DNA of 64,000 bases from Oculina patagonica. Taxonomy: Eukaryota. Every line of letters starts with the position of its first letter. The first letter of the stretch is position 1. This document shows, one piece after another, positions 63,731-64,000 of this stretch. Location of the stretch: the NCBI RefSeq assembly GCF_052425735.1, contig NC_135767.1, forward strand, positions 6,014,001 through 6,078,000, in the 5' to 3' direction. The position numbers and the translations under genes were made by a program. The notes under the pieces are model-generated. The model was given only the letters and a program-made list of their open reading frames with translations. It did no database searches and was not told the DNA's origin.

Positions 63731-64000
63731 TTATAGCTTTTCTGGTGGTAACTGTGTATTTGGAGGAATAACAAGCAATTCTTCACGCACGAAGCCGCGC
63801 TTTGGACCATCGTGCAAGTAATAAAGCACTGGCTGATCAGGTTTAGTAACAGACCTTTCGATGCTGTAGACTTTTAATGACCAAATCGGATCTGTTGCCC
63901 TTTTTACGCCGCCTTCTAGCTCGCCAGGTTGGTAGAGATAGCGCACATTAACGAGAGAGGGTATTTTTTTTTCTTTCTTGCCAACAGGCCTTGTATATTT
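63731..64000 (-). CDS. C-terminus of a Polinton-type retroviral-like (rve) integrase
   Basis: VRYLYQPGELEGG..RATDPIWSLKVYSI..VLYYL..GPKRGFVREELLVIP resembles Polinton integrase C-terminal domains; frame open to the window edge; tail-to-tail with PolB, 9 bp apart. Confidence 0.75.
   Translation of the reverse strand, partial: KYTRPVGKKEKKIPSLVNVRYLYQPGELEGGVKRATDPIWSLKVYSIERSVTKPDQPVLYYLHDGPKRGFVREELLVIPPNTQLPPEKL

Larger units (their letters stand above)
59418..64000 (+). mobile_element. Polinton/Maverick (adintovirus-like) endogenous element, left portion
   Basis: Similarity to the host spacer ends at ..CTTTAATAA (~59418); followed by a hairpin, pPolB and a convergent integrase; continues beyond the window. 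Confidence 0.88.

Overview
AT-rich eukaryotic genomic DNA, most likely from a stony coral or related anthozoan (inferred from the receptor family and repeat types). Positions 1-59.4 kb hold a same-strand tandem array of 14 intronless ~303-aa class A (rhodopsin-like) GPCR genes: 8 intact, 4 with a single inactivating lesion, and 2 partial (window edge, assembly gap). Cytoplasmic regions are nearly invariant, while the extracellular/ligand-pocket halves are hypervariable and patchwork. Spacers are mosaic duplicates carrying many transposon insertions, several confirmed by paralogous empty sites. A ~10 kb nest at 20.5-30.6 kb contains a long-TIR foldback element, Kolobok-, Harbinger- and hAT/P-like MITEs, Helentron-type elements, and a fragmented 2A-peptide + OTU protease ORF. 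From 59.4 kb lies a Polinton/Maverick (adintovirus-like) element: a protein-primed PolB (vOTU, exonuclease, two tandem EndoVII-like Zn modules, one late nonsense codon) and a convergent integrase C-terminus. Its left end is not a canonical (AG)n TIR but a 115-nt bulged hairpin with two 'ears'. This hairpin plus the polymerase-fused tandem resolvase-like module is the most intriguing signal in the window.
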